Positions 1 to 10,900 of a stretch of DNA of 36,548 bases are shown here, piece by piece. The notes below the pieces were generated by a model that saw nothing but the letters and a program-made list of their open reading frames with translations, had not been told where the DNA came from and ran no database searches. Position numbers and translations under genes: made by a program. Position 1 is the stretch's first letter. Every line of letters starts with the position of its first letter. This DNA comes from a virus (lineage: Duplodnaviria; Caudoviricetes): the IMG/VR virus record IMGVR_UViG_3300025018_000071, positions 1 to 36,548 of that record. The stretch is one strand, 5' to 3'.

Positions 1-127
1 TGAGTATTTTGCAATGGCTACAAGCCGCTGGGAGCATAGTAACCCTAATCGGGGTGCTATTTATTATTTATAAAACTTTTGCCGACCCGGACGTAAAAGC
101 GGCCAATAGACTCGACCTACTTAGCCA
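1..127. repeat. Terminal direct repeat, left copy (identical to 36422-36548); circularity/assembly overlap
   Basis: The first 127 nt match the last 127 nt exactly, and the repeat splits an ORF, so the unit genome is 36,421 bp. Confidence 0.95.
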
Positions 128-335
128 GGGGTGCGAATTAAAACATAAGGCTCTCGATAGTTTGTGGGGAGAAAAATTTACCAACATTGAAAATAGCATT
201 GTCGAAATTAATAAATCATTTGCCTTTCTGCAAGAGAACGATTTAAAACACGTCGAGGAAAGCGTTAAATCCCTCGAGTTAGGCCAGGAGAGAATTGTTA
301 CTATGCTTAATGAGCGTTTGCCACAAAAAGAATAG
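1..335 (+). CDS. Membrane-anchored coiled-coil protein (111 aa) spanning the circular junction; true start is ATG at 36421
   Basis: Across the junction it reads MSILQWLQAAGSIVTLIGVLFIIYK..., an N-terminal hydrophobic helix followed by a heptad-like tail; TAG stop. Confidence 0.75.
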   Translation, partial: SILQWLQAAGSIVTLIGVLFIIYKTFADPDVKAANRLDLLSQGCELKHKALDSLWGEKFTNIENSIVEINKSFAFLQENDLKHVEESVKSLELGQERIVTMLNERLPQKE

Positions 336-362
336 TTCATTTTTAAAATAGGAGGTTCCGCC

Positions 363-599
363 ATGAGTAAAACAAGAGACAGCAAACCGGAAATCGAGGA
401 GCACCACATTACACCCAAAAGTCGGAGAGGCAAAAGAATTAATAATATCAAAAAAGTCCCCTCTAACTTTCACAGCGCCTATCATACGGTGTTTGAAAAT
501 CTAACACCGGACGAGGCCGTGCAGTATTTAAAAGAAGTGTGGTTTAATCCTCACAGCCCCTTTGTTAGCCCGGCTAACTGGCTAGCAGGAAGTTACTAA
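363..599 (+). CDS. Small HNH-like endonuclease (78 aa)
   Basis: EEHHITPKSRRG..NNI..V....HSAYH resembles the HH-x2-P-x4-G...N...H-x3-H pattern. Strong SD AGGAGGT at 350-356. Confidence 0.65.
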   Translation: MSKTRDSKPEIEEHHITPKSRRGKRINNIKKVPSNFHSAYHTVFENLTPDEAVQYLKEVWFNPHSPFVSPANWLAGSY

Positions 600-640
600 A
601 CCTAGGGCGACCTCGCGCCGCCCTTAATTTAAAAAAAAAT

Positions 641-2050
641 ATGGCAATTATCAAAATAAATAATCTTAACCTCGGCGGCCTAGCCAATTCCATTTATCAG
701 GGTCTTGCCAATTCCGTGGCCGAAATTGTCGGGCTCGATATTCACTCGGAGCCGGGCATTATTAAAGTTAACCAAAAACTGACTAAGGAAAGCGGCACGA
801 CGATTAATGATTTTGTTAAAAAGATATTGCCTTGCTCGGACGGAAACACTTATTTATTCGGCTCAACGAGCGGTAAAATTTGGAAACGGACAAGTGCCGG
901 CTCTTATAGTTTAGAGGCGACAGCGGCGCCTAGTGCCGGTAGTGCCGGCATTATGGACGCTATCGAGGACCAGGGTTATATCTATTACACTATGCAGAAT
1001 CGAATCGGCCGTTGGCAAGTCGGGACCGCTTGGTCCGGTCGCAATGATTCCTGGGCAACTTTTAAATCCGGCGATACGGCTTTCCACCCTTGCTTTAAGG
1101 TTAATCTAATTGTCTATATTGGCGACGGCATATATATCGCCCAAATTGAAGACGGCATATTTACCGACGACGCGCTCGATTTTTCTCTCGGCGCGCGCGC
1201 TAAGTGTTTAGGCACCTCCGGCGTTAATCTCTTGATCGGCGACTACGTCTCCGATAATGTTTCCTGGGCGGAAATCTTTGACTGGAATACCTGGTCAGTC
1301 AGTTTCACAACTTCCGACCCGGTTTATGAGAAAGGAATCAACGCTTTTTTAAAAACTGATAACGCCGTTTTAACCAGCGTCGGCGAGAAAGGGCTACTCT
1401 ATTCCTATGACGGCTCAAGGCTCACTAATCCGAAACGAATCCCGGGACTATGGGGAATCGGCAAAAAAGCCACTGTCCACCAAGACGCCTCAGCAAATCT
1501 TAATATCCCTCTTTTTGGCTATTCTAACGTGGCTAATAATCCATGCCACCTGGGGGTGTATGGTTTAGGATCTTATAGCGGCGATTATAGCCCCGTCCTG
1601 ACACTCGAGCACATTATCTCGCAGAATATCACTACTAACCTAGAAATCGGCTCTGTGGTCGTTGTAGACGATTATTTACTGGTCTCCTGGGTTGACCGGA
1701 CGACTCCGGCCTCGCCTATCTATGGCGTCGATAAATTAGACGCCGCCAATAAATACGCCAGCGCCTATTTTACTACGCGAGAAATCGCCCCGGAACGCTG
1801 CACGGGTAATACCGTCGGCGTGATAAATGTTGCTTACAGAACAATTCCGACTGACTGCTCGATTGAAATTTGGAAGAAAGTAAACCATGGCACTTGGGAA
1901 GAAATTACTGACATCACTAAAGACGACGTTAAAAAAATCGTGCGGACCGAAGTTAATATCGAGGAAATGAACACCTGCGAAATCCGGGTTGTTTTAGTCG
2001 GCTCGGCTAATACCGCCCCGGAGGTGGAGGGCTTAGAAATAAATATCTAA
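641..2050 (+). CDS. Virion tail/neck structural protein (podovirus tail-tube/nozzle-like, probable beta-propeller)
   Basis: 469 aa of short beta-strand blocks with W/Y/G; lies between adaptor/tail genes and ejection genes. Function inferred from synteny. Confidence 0.55.
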   Translation: MAIIKINNLNLGGLANSIYQGLANSVAEIVGLDIHSEPGIIKVNQKLTKESGTTINDFVKKILPCSDGNTYLFGSTSGKIWKRTSAGSYSLEATAAPSAGSAGIMDAIEDQGYIYYTMQNRIGRWQVGTAWSGRNDSWATFKSGDTAFHPCFKVNLIVYIGDGIYIAQIEDGIFTDDALDFSLGARAKCLGTSGVNLLIGDYVSDNVSWAEIFDWNTWSVSFTTSDPVYEKGINAFLKTDNAVLTSVGEKGLLYSYDGSRLTNPKRIPGLWGIGKKATVHQDASANLNIPLFGYSNVANNPCHLGVYGLGSYSGDYSPVLTLEHIISQNITTNLEIGSVVVVDDYLLVSWVDRTTPASPIYGVDKLDAANKYASAYFTTREIAPERCTGNTVGVINVAYRTIPTDCSIEIWKKVNHGTWEEITDITKDDVKKIVRTEVNIEEMNTCEIRVVLVGSANTAPEVEGLEINI

Positions 2051-2051
2051 T

Positions 2052-3224
2052 ATGACAGACACTCAAGTCTCAATTCAAATACTTAATCCGTTTACCGACG
2101 TCGTGCCGCCCGTTTATAATTCTAACCAGGCGAGCACGGATTTTGATAAGTTCTCTATGGGAGGAGGCGGCGAAAACGGACTTAAGGCCGACGAGCAAGG
2201 CATGTGGTTTGGCGCCAAGACTTTCGCGGCCGCGCCTTTTAAAGTCGATATGTCGGGTAACGTTACGATCAATAGCTTGGTTATTACCGGAGGCACCATG
2301 AAATCGGGAAAGACCGCTTTTTCTGACGCGACGCACGCCGGTTATTATATCGGTAACGAGGGCGTCTATTTCGGCACGGCCTCCGACGCTAAGGCGATTA
2401 AATTTGATATTTCCGCCGGCACGTTCTTATTTACCGGAATCGCTTTATCCTGGGCCGACGTTTCCGGCGCTGGCAAGCCGGCAAATAATGCGACCGTCGG
2501 GGCCACTTGGAACTCTAATATCTCGGGTCAACCAACTGACGCCTCTATTACCAACCCGTCTTATATCACGTCGACAAAAATCACTTCAACCACTATCGAG
2601 AGTCCGACCATTACGGCCGGAACGATAACCGGCGCCACGATTCAAACTAACGCCGTAACTTATCCTTACGTAAAAATTAATAGTTCGGGGGTTACTGTTT
2701 CCGGGACGTCAACACTAAATTTTATAACCAGCTCCGGCACGACTTGCGGTTGGATAGGCGGAGATATAATTAATGGCGATCCCTCAATTGATATTAATAA
2801 TACCTCGGGAGCAATTAGTATTTACGGGCGATATGGCGTTTATATCGACGCCTCTGCCTCTGACACTATTAGCATAAGTGGTATGTCTATTGACCTTAGC
2901 GCTGCTAACGGAGGAGCTGTCAGAGTTTCCGGTGGCGATTTTATTCCCTATTACAATGCTAGTTATAATTGCGGAGATTCAAGCCATTTATGGGCGAACG
3001 TCCATACTTTAAATTTATCACTGGCCGGCGGCAATTATATCAACTACACCGGCGGATTTATTCAGTCCAATTCTCAGTTTAGGGTTGTCGGTTCGATTAA
3101 TCTGACCGGTAATATCACAATGGAAAATTACGCCAGCATAACCGCCAAAGATTCCGGCGGAACGAATCGCACTTTGACTTGCCAGTATAACTCGACACTC
3201 GGCAGATATATTCTTTCCACGTAA
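2052..3224 (+). CDS. Tail fibre/spike-like protein
   Basis: 390 aa, G/S/T/I/N-rich; motifs AAPFKVDMSGNV, ITAGTITGATI and YNCGDSSHLWANVH are typical of phage tail fibre segments. Confidence 0.6.
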   Translation: MTDTQVSIQILNPFTDVVPPVYNSNQASTDFDKFSMGGGGENGLKADEQGMWFGAKTFAAAPFKVDMSGNVTINSLVITGGTMKSGKTAFSDATHAGYYIGNEGVYFGTASDAKAIKFDISAGTFLFTGIALSWADVSGAGKPANNATVGATWNSNISGQPTDASITNPSYITSTKITSTTIESPTITAGTITGATIQTNAVTYPYVKINSSGVTVSGTSTLNFITSSGTTCGWIGGDIINGDPSIDINNTSGAISIYGRYGVYIDASASDTISISGMSIDLSAANGGAVRVSGGDFIPYYNASYNCGDSSHLWANVHTLNLSLAGGNYINYTGGFIQSNSQFRVVGSINLTGNITMENYASITAKDSGGTNRTLTCQYNSTLGRYILST

Positions 3225-3251
3225 AAAATGTTAAACTATTAATATAATTTT

Positions 3252-3455
3252 ATGTCTAAAAAAAACAAGCAAATTAAAGAGGCGGTAGCCAAAAAAGAGG
3301 TTGGAAAAATCGAAGACGCCAAGCCAAAAATGCGTCAGATTATTATTGAAACCGACGGCACCAACGCTAATATAATTAAAAGCGAGGCCAGCCCCTTGGA
3401 AATGATTAGTATTTTTAACGGCCTGCTTCAATACTTTACAAATCCTAAGAAATAA
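3252..3455 (+). CDS. Hypothetical protein (67 aa)
   Basis: ATG with AT-rich leader; tiles the gap between flanking genes. Confidence 0.7.
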   Translation: MSKKNKQIKEAVAKKEVGKIEDAKPKMRQIIIETDGTNANIIKSEASPLEMISIFNGLLQYFTNPKK

Positions 3456-3460
3456 AATAT

Positions 3461-4897
3461 ATGGCTGCTACAAAAGCTACTTTAATAAATTCTGCCGGGA
3501 ATAAAGTCGTCGTTGATTCCGGCTCAGCGCAAGCTCAGACTTATTTTAGCCAGGGCTATAAGTTAATGGGTGCCACTCCGGCCCCGGCGGCTACTCCGGT
3601 TAAGACGGTCGCTCCGGCGGCAACTAACGTCAACGCTAGCGCGGCTAATAGTTTGCCGGCGGCGAAAGTCGGACCAACGCCAGCGGCGACCGGTGCCAAT
3701 ACCTTGCAAGCCTATGATCAAAAAGGAAACGTCGTTTACGTCCAACCGGGCACTTATAACCCAGGCGTTTCGGCGACTAAACCTGATTTAAACTCCGAGA
3801 TTAATTCTAACCAAGACCAAAATATCGCTGACGTCAATGCAAAGACTGACGGCGCCCCGGACACGAGTGCCGCCACTAAAGCTATGGCCGCGATTAAGGC
3901 CGAAGTAACTCCGACCACCGCCGCGCCAGCCGCCGCACCAAAATTAGAAGATACTTATAATACTCTCCGGGCCAATTACGGCGTTACTGATTTAGAGACT
4001 CAGCTTAACGATTTACAAAACGAAGAACAGACCATTAGAAATACGGCGACTAATCGCAAAGACTATGCCGAAAGCAAACCGGTTTCGCTTGGCGTTATCG
4101 GCGGCCGGCAGTCCGAAGTCGATAGACAAACCTCAAAACAACTGACCGAAAACTTAGCGCAGCAAAGCTACCTCTCGAATCAGCTCAAAACCAAATACGA
4201 TATTATTTCTAATATCATGAATTTTCAGCAAAAGGATTATGAGAATGCGAGCGCGGCTTATAATACCGAGTTTAACCGCAATATCGCTTTATTACAGCAA
4301 GTCAGGGCCGACGAAACCGCCTCGACCAACGAAGAAAATATCAAGCTCGATAACGCGCGCGCTGACTACACGATTTTTATCAATGCTATTTCTAGTGGCT
4401 CCTTAAACGTCGCCAATTTAAACGCGACGCAAAAGGCGACTTTAAATAAATTAGAAGTGCAGCAAGGCTTGCCAGTGGGCACCTATGAAATGTTGGCGCC
4501 TAAAGACGGCAATAAGACTCTAACCTCACTCGGCACCGATAATAATTCTAGCGGCGGACGCAGTGCTTACTTTATGAGTGTCGATAAAAAGACCGGCGTG
4601 CCGACGGTTATTTCCGTTCCGCTACCGGGCGCAGTTACGACTAAGGCGGCAGGCTCCGGGACTGTTAAAGAAACCGTCGAAGATAAACAAGTGGCCAGTT
4701 TTCAAAATGACGCCTCTGATTATATTATTAAAATGGATTCGAGTGATATGACCTGGGCGACTGCTTGGGCGGCCTTACACGCTAAATATCCGCAAGCCTC
4801 AAGCGCCTTAATCGACCAGACTTTGGGCGGTGGCTATGATAATTCTAAAGGCGGTTGGTATGGTCGTGCGGCGACTGCAAAATCACTAAGAAAATAA
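3461..4897 (+). CDS. Putative internal virion/ejection protein
   Basis: 478 aa with an A/P/T-rich disordered N-terminus and central coiled coil; immediately upstream of the giant protein, as in podovirus ejection modules. Confidence 0.5.
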   Translation: MAATKATLINSAGNKVVVDSGSAQAQTYFSQGYKLMGATPAPAATPVKTVAPAATNVNASAANSLPAAKVGPTPAATGANTLQAYDQKGNVVYVQPGTYNPGVSATKPDLNSEINSNQDQNIADVNAKTDGAPDTSAATKAMAAIKAEVTPTTAAPAAAPKLEDTYNTLRANYGVTDLETQLNDLQNEEQTIRNTATNRKDYAESKPVSLGVIGGRQSEVDRQTSKQLTENLAQQSYLSNQLKTKYDIISNIMNFQQKDYENASAAYNTEFNRNIALLQQVRADETASTNEENIKLDNARADYTIFINAISSGSLNVANLNATQKATLNKLEVQQGLPVGTYEMLAPKDGNKTLTSLGTDNNSSGGRSAYFMSVDKKTGVPTVISVPLPGAVTTKAAGSGTVKETVEDKQVASFQNDASDYIIKMDSSDMTWATAWAALHAKYPQASSALIDQTLGGGYDNSKGGWYGRAATAKSLRK

Positions 4898-4913
4898 ATT
4901 TAACAATAAAATT

Positions 4914-7900
4914 ATGTCTACTTGGGACGAGTTGAATAAAGCCGCCGGGGCTCCGGCGACTAAGTTGTCAGGATCGACGAAATCGTCGCCTGCGCCAAGT
5001 GGTTGGGGCGCCTTAAACGCTCAAGCCGAAAAAGCCATGACACCAGTCAAAATAAATACTCCGGTTGAAACTAAAACGGCCGGAGTTAAAACAGGCCTTA
5101 ACGCTGCCGGCGAAAAGGCTTTTTTAAGTAATCCTTATTCTAACGCACCGCTCCCTAAATCGGAGGCGCCAAAAACTACCCCGATTAAAATAAACGAAAT
5201 GCCGACGGTTAAGATAAATACCAATACGGCTAATTCAACCCCGGCAATAAGCGAGACTAACGTTAATCCGGTTAGTTTAATTGCTGACTTGGCTAAAGGT
5301 ATTTATAACCAATACGCCAATCCGAGCGAATCGACTATCAAGGCAGAGCAGGCTCTCGGCTATACGCCAACCGCCAAAGCAAAGACCGGCTTAGAAAAAG
5401 TGGAGCGCGTTGTTTCTGCTCCGATAAGAACTATCGGCAAGGCGTTTGTCAGGACTTTTTCTCCGGCGCTTGAACCAATGGCCGAAACTATCGGACAAGT
5501 GGCGGCCACCGGAGAAATTTCGGATAAAGTCGCTAGCGGCGAATTACCACCGGAGGCGCTCGACACTTTAACCGCTTTAAATAAAAAATGGTATCAGGTT
5601 GTCGGCGACAGCACGCAGGCCGTTTTGGTTGCCTATACCCCCTCGCTTTTAAAAGACGTGTTTAAAAATAGTATTTTATCAGGAGCCGTCTCAGGACTTG
5701 AGGCCGGGACCACTTTCGGCGGCGCTCAGGTTTTGTCGAGTGGCGAAAAAGACCCAGCTAAAATTGCCGAGATATTATTAAAATCAGCTATCGCCGGATC
5801 TATTTTTGGAACTGCTACCGGATTTTTAGGCGGAGTCAGTAAACGAATCGGCGAAGATGTTAATAAAAAAGTTCAGGCTTTAGACGCCATTGAGATTATT
5901 AATCAATACGCCGACAAACCAATTACTAAAAACTCCTCTTTGCAGGATTTTAAAGACGCTTATTATTCCGCTGCTAAAAAGACCCACCCTGACGCCGGCG
6001 GAGACCCTGCGGTTTTTAGCGACGTCTCTCAAGCTTATAATTATTTAATTGGCAAAAAAACTTCATTTGTAAAATCAAGCGCCGAGACTAATCAACCAGT
6101 TAAGGGATTATTAGAATCTGAAACCGGTAAGAGTAGCAACGCCTTAGAGATAAAGAAAAACCTAGACAAGACTAATTCTAAAATAAATGAAATTGTTAAA
6201 TCCGGGCAAGATATTTCTCCGGCCGTAATTGAAGAACTATCGGCTGCTAAAACAAATTTTAATAGTTTTGTCGAAACTAATAAGCAACCGATTATTTCTT
6301 ATGAGGGCACACCTGGTCCAAGTGGCGAAAGTCCTAAGTTGAATATCGACATTGTCAAAATAGACGATAATCAGTTCTCAGTCGCTATTGAGGCCTCCTA
6401 TGGTCAAGGAAAGCTTCTCTCGTCTTTCGATAGCTCTCCCTCGTTTAAAAGCCAGGGAGAGGCCATTTTAGACGCCAAGAGCAAGATTTTGGACTGGGCT
6501 GAGAACCAACCGTCAATTAGTGGCGCTAGTGCGATAGAATTACAAGAATTAGTCAACCAAGCCAGCTCCTTAAACGCTAAGAGTGAGCCGGTATCTAAAC
6601 CTATGCAAACCGAGGTCAAATCTACGCAAACCTCGGCAAAAGAGAAAACTAATTTTGAATATCCTGAGCCAACTCCGGCGGAAATAAAAAAATATTACGA
6701 TAAATATAAAGAAGTTTTATTAGCTGAGACTAAGGGCGGAGCTGAGGAGGCTATGAAAGGTAGCGAAATAATTACGCAAATTGTCGAAGACGGAAACCCA
6801 CAAGGCAAGGCTGTTGATATTTCTCTTGCTCTTAATCAAATGGCTATCGAAGAAAAAGCATTAATCGAGGCTGGGCCTAATCATAAAATTTATAAAGTTG
6901 GCGACAATATTTCTTTTGAAACAACTAACGGCGTTAAGCCGGGGAAAATTATTGAATTATCTGATAATGGCGCGCTCGCCACGATTGAAGTAGACGGAGA
7001 CGAATATACCGTTGGCATTAAGAATTTAATCGAGGCGCCAAAAAATCAAAAAGCTAAAGTTGAAACGGCCATTAAAGAAAGCCCTAAGACTATCAAGGAA
7101 ATCGCCGCGGAGACAAAAATACTCGAGCCAAACGTTCGTCGTATCTTAGGAGTCGGTGCTAAAGAGGGAACTTTCGAGCGTGTCGATAAAGGAGTTTATC
7201 GCTTGAAAAAAGACGGGCAAGATATTGCTTTTATCCACCCTGGGGACTCAGTTGAAATTCTGCCACGTCTTGCTAAAGAGGGATTTAAAGCTGACATGAT
7301 ATTTTTAGATATTCCCTATAAGACCGGCGCCGTAACTGGTGGCAACCGTGGCGCCAAGTTTAATTTTATAACCGTCCCGGAATTTAAGACCGTCGTCGAA
7401 TCAGTCAAGGAAATTACTAAGAGCGAAAAGACTCCGGTTTTTTACATGTATAGCCAAGCAAAATCAGGCCTTGCGCAAATGGCAAAATATACTGACGAAA
7501 TGTTTAAGGCTGGATTTAAGCCAGTAGCTAAGGGCGAATATACCAAACTTCAAAAAGACGGTGTAACACGCACAAGAAATATGCGCGGCGAGCCGGATTA
7601 TCCTGAGGGCATAATTTTATTTACCAGGTCCGGGGAATTTGACAAAGGACAACCAAACTTGAATTTTAAAATGGTTAGACCTAAAGGCTATCAGACAGAG
7701 AAACCGGCTGAAATGTTGAATCAAATTATTAAAATGTCTACCGACGAGGGCGACGTTGTTTTAGACCCGTTTGCTGGCTCAGGCGTAACCGGAGCCGAGG
7801 CGGTTAAAGAGGGGCGCCAAGCCGTCTTAATCGAAAAAAGTCAAAAGGCAATAGACGAAAATATTAAGCCACGACTTGAGGCAGCCGCTAAAACTCGTAA

Positions 7901-10900
7901 CGTTCTTCCTAGCACTAAAAATAAATACCCCAAATCTGTTAGCCCCGAGCAATGGACGAAAGGATTATCTGATAAATTTGGCGATACGGTTAAACTCTAC
8001 CACCAAACAGACGCCGCAAATATTCCTGATATTTTAGAAAATGGTTTTAAGTCGGGTGGAGAATTTGGCGACGACGTCTTTTTTACTTTAGAACAAAAAC
8101 TAGATAGAGTCGGAGGTAAAGGTTCTGATTATTTAGTTGTTACCGTTCCTAAAAGTAGTTATGATAGATTATTTCCCGACGAGCGCTCAATGGAGGGAAT
8201 TTTAACCGATAAACAATTAGAATTAGACGGAGACGCAAAAGAAGAATTAATGCGCTCTTATATCCTAAATGACAAAACCTCTAAGGGATTCGATATTTTA
8301 ATGTTAGCTGACGAAATAAAGCCCGAGTGGATTAAAGAAGAAAAACCAATAACTAAAAATACTCTAACCGACTTCGGCGAAAAAATTGGTGGCGCCAATA
8401 AAGAGGCATGGGCTAAGCGCGGCTTAAATATATCAGACCTCTCGCAAATGAACGACCGGGAAATTGCTAAGTATTTGAAGAAAGACAATATTTGGTTAAA
8501 AAATTACGATAAGTTAGCAGCTGAGGGTTTGCCTGAATCAGTTATTATGTTTAATAAGGTTGCACGTGATTCCCTAACTCCCTCGATTGCCTATCCTTAT
8601 CGCGATAATACCCTGGAATTAAAACAGGCACGCAACGATCAATATATTAATTTTATAAAAGAAGTTAAGTCGGCCGTTGAACAAATTAAAACACCTGAGG
8701 AAATCAAGGGCTTTTATAGACGATTTGTAATCGACAACGGCTATGCTAAAGAAGTGCCGGCCTCTTATGGACCAGGCACAAAACTAGAATATACCGATAA
8801 GCAAAAAGCTAACGTCTTTTTAACGGATAAATTCCGTCGCGCTGTTAGTCTTAATTCTGATTATGATTTGGCGCGCTTAACTCAAGAGGCTAAAAGCCAA
8901 CAGTTCGGCGTCGCGAGTGAGAATAAATTACCGACTAATATTGAAATCAGATTTGACGGCTCTAAGGGCGACTGGATAGTCGCTAAACGTGCTGGCCGAT
9001 ACGCGCAACTTTTAAAGACCGGATTAACTTCGGAAGTAGAGGCTAAATTGTGGGTTAAGGAAAACGTTTCTAAAATAAAAACAGTTACTAAAAAAAGATT
9101 TATACCGCCGCAATTATCCCATATCCACCGTTCCGGCATTGACTACCGAAATAATAATACCAAAAACGTTACTGGCGAGGACTATCTTAAAACGTTTGGT
9201 TTTAAAGGTGGCGAGTTCGGCAACTGGCTAAATGCCCAGGACCGACAGACTTCGCTTAATTTTGGTTATGACGCTTTAATGGATTTATCAGACGCTCTAA
9301 AAATATCTCGCCAGGACGTCGCCTTAGGCAAGACTTTAAGTATTGCTTTTGGCTCGAGAGGACGAGCTGGCGCGGCCGCTCACTACGAACCGGATAGAAA
9401 AGTCTTTAACTTAACCAAAATGAACGGGGCCGGCTCAACCGCGCACGAGTGGTTTCATGCGCTTGAGGATTATTTAGGAGCAGACGGTAAAAAACTTGAA
9501 TCATTTAATGACCTTAAACGTTCCCTTGTCAAAAACCCCGACGGCACTACGACTAATTATAAATTAGATTCAATTAAAGCTGACGGCTCTTTCGGAAAAA
9601 GTGGCGGCTATTGGCAGAGCCAAGAAGAAATGCTTGCGCGTGCCTTTGCCTCTTATATTACCGACAAAACAGGAGGAAAATCAGATTATTTAAGCGGCCA
9701 TAGTGAGGCGGCCGTTTTTCCAGACGCTAAGGGAGAAATCCATAGTGCCTTTCCGCAGGGAGCAGAGCGAAAAAATATAAATAGTGCCTTTGATAATTTC
9801 TTTACTGATCTAAAAGACAAGGAAATTTTCAAACCTCTTGAGACGCCAGTTAATAATAAAACCGCGTCCTATTCGATTAAAGACGTTAGCCAATTTGAAA
9901 ATACTAATCGCGGCGTCCAAGCAATTGACCAAATGTTTGACGGAGAAAAATTATATAAACGCTTAGAGTCGTCTATGAAACGGCTCGGCCTTAATTTTGA
10001 TATTGCCTTATTTGATAAAATATATACCGGCGAAATGGCTAGCAAAGTTGTAACCGACGCTAAGGGATTCCAAACCTTAAAAGTAATCCCGGAACAAGCA
10101 GCCGGCGTCGTCTTTAATAATCGTTTGGCACTAGCAAGAACGGCCATGAAGTTTACGGACTACCACGAGCTGATTCATATTATTTCAGACAACATGGCGG
10201 AGATTCCTGCCTTTGCGAAATATAATAAAATAGAACTCTTAAAAGAGGCGCAAAATGTTTACGGCCAAAAATACTTAGAGAAAGATTTTGAGGAAGTGCT
10301 TGCTCGGGGATTTGAGGATTTTGTCTATCACAGAAAAAATTTTACCGGAAAACTAAAGGCATTTTTTAGCCGCTTAATTTATGAAGTAAAACAGATTCTT
10401 AATTTTACTCGCCGGGTTAATTTAAAAAGTTTTTACGAAGACGTTTTATATAGCAAGGCTAAGTCCATTACCAACCTAGAAGTTGGACCAAAGCGTGGCG
10501 TAATTACGCGAACCAATGCCGGAAATACTTTAGATTTAAGCAACGGTAACCGTGGCAGTTTATTCTCGAAAATTAAAAATGAGGAGGGCTTTATCCCGGA
10601 GAAATATGTCGAGCAGAAAATAGCTGAGGCCAAGCAAGCCGGAGAAGTTGACCTAACTAGACTTGAAAAAATTAAACGTTTAGGAGCTGAGGCTAAAGCT
10701 AAATTGGTTGATTTTACTGCCCCTATCGAAGACACTCTCTATCGTAATTTACGAGAAAATAAAATGACCTTAAAACCGTCTCAGGATATTCATAATCAAA
10801 TTGACAGGGTATTACGCACGCCAACTTTAGCCGGGCAATTTGTTAAAGATACCGGATTCGATAAAGTAATTAGAGAAGTCGATAATATTGATAACCTTGA

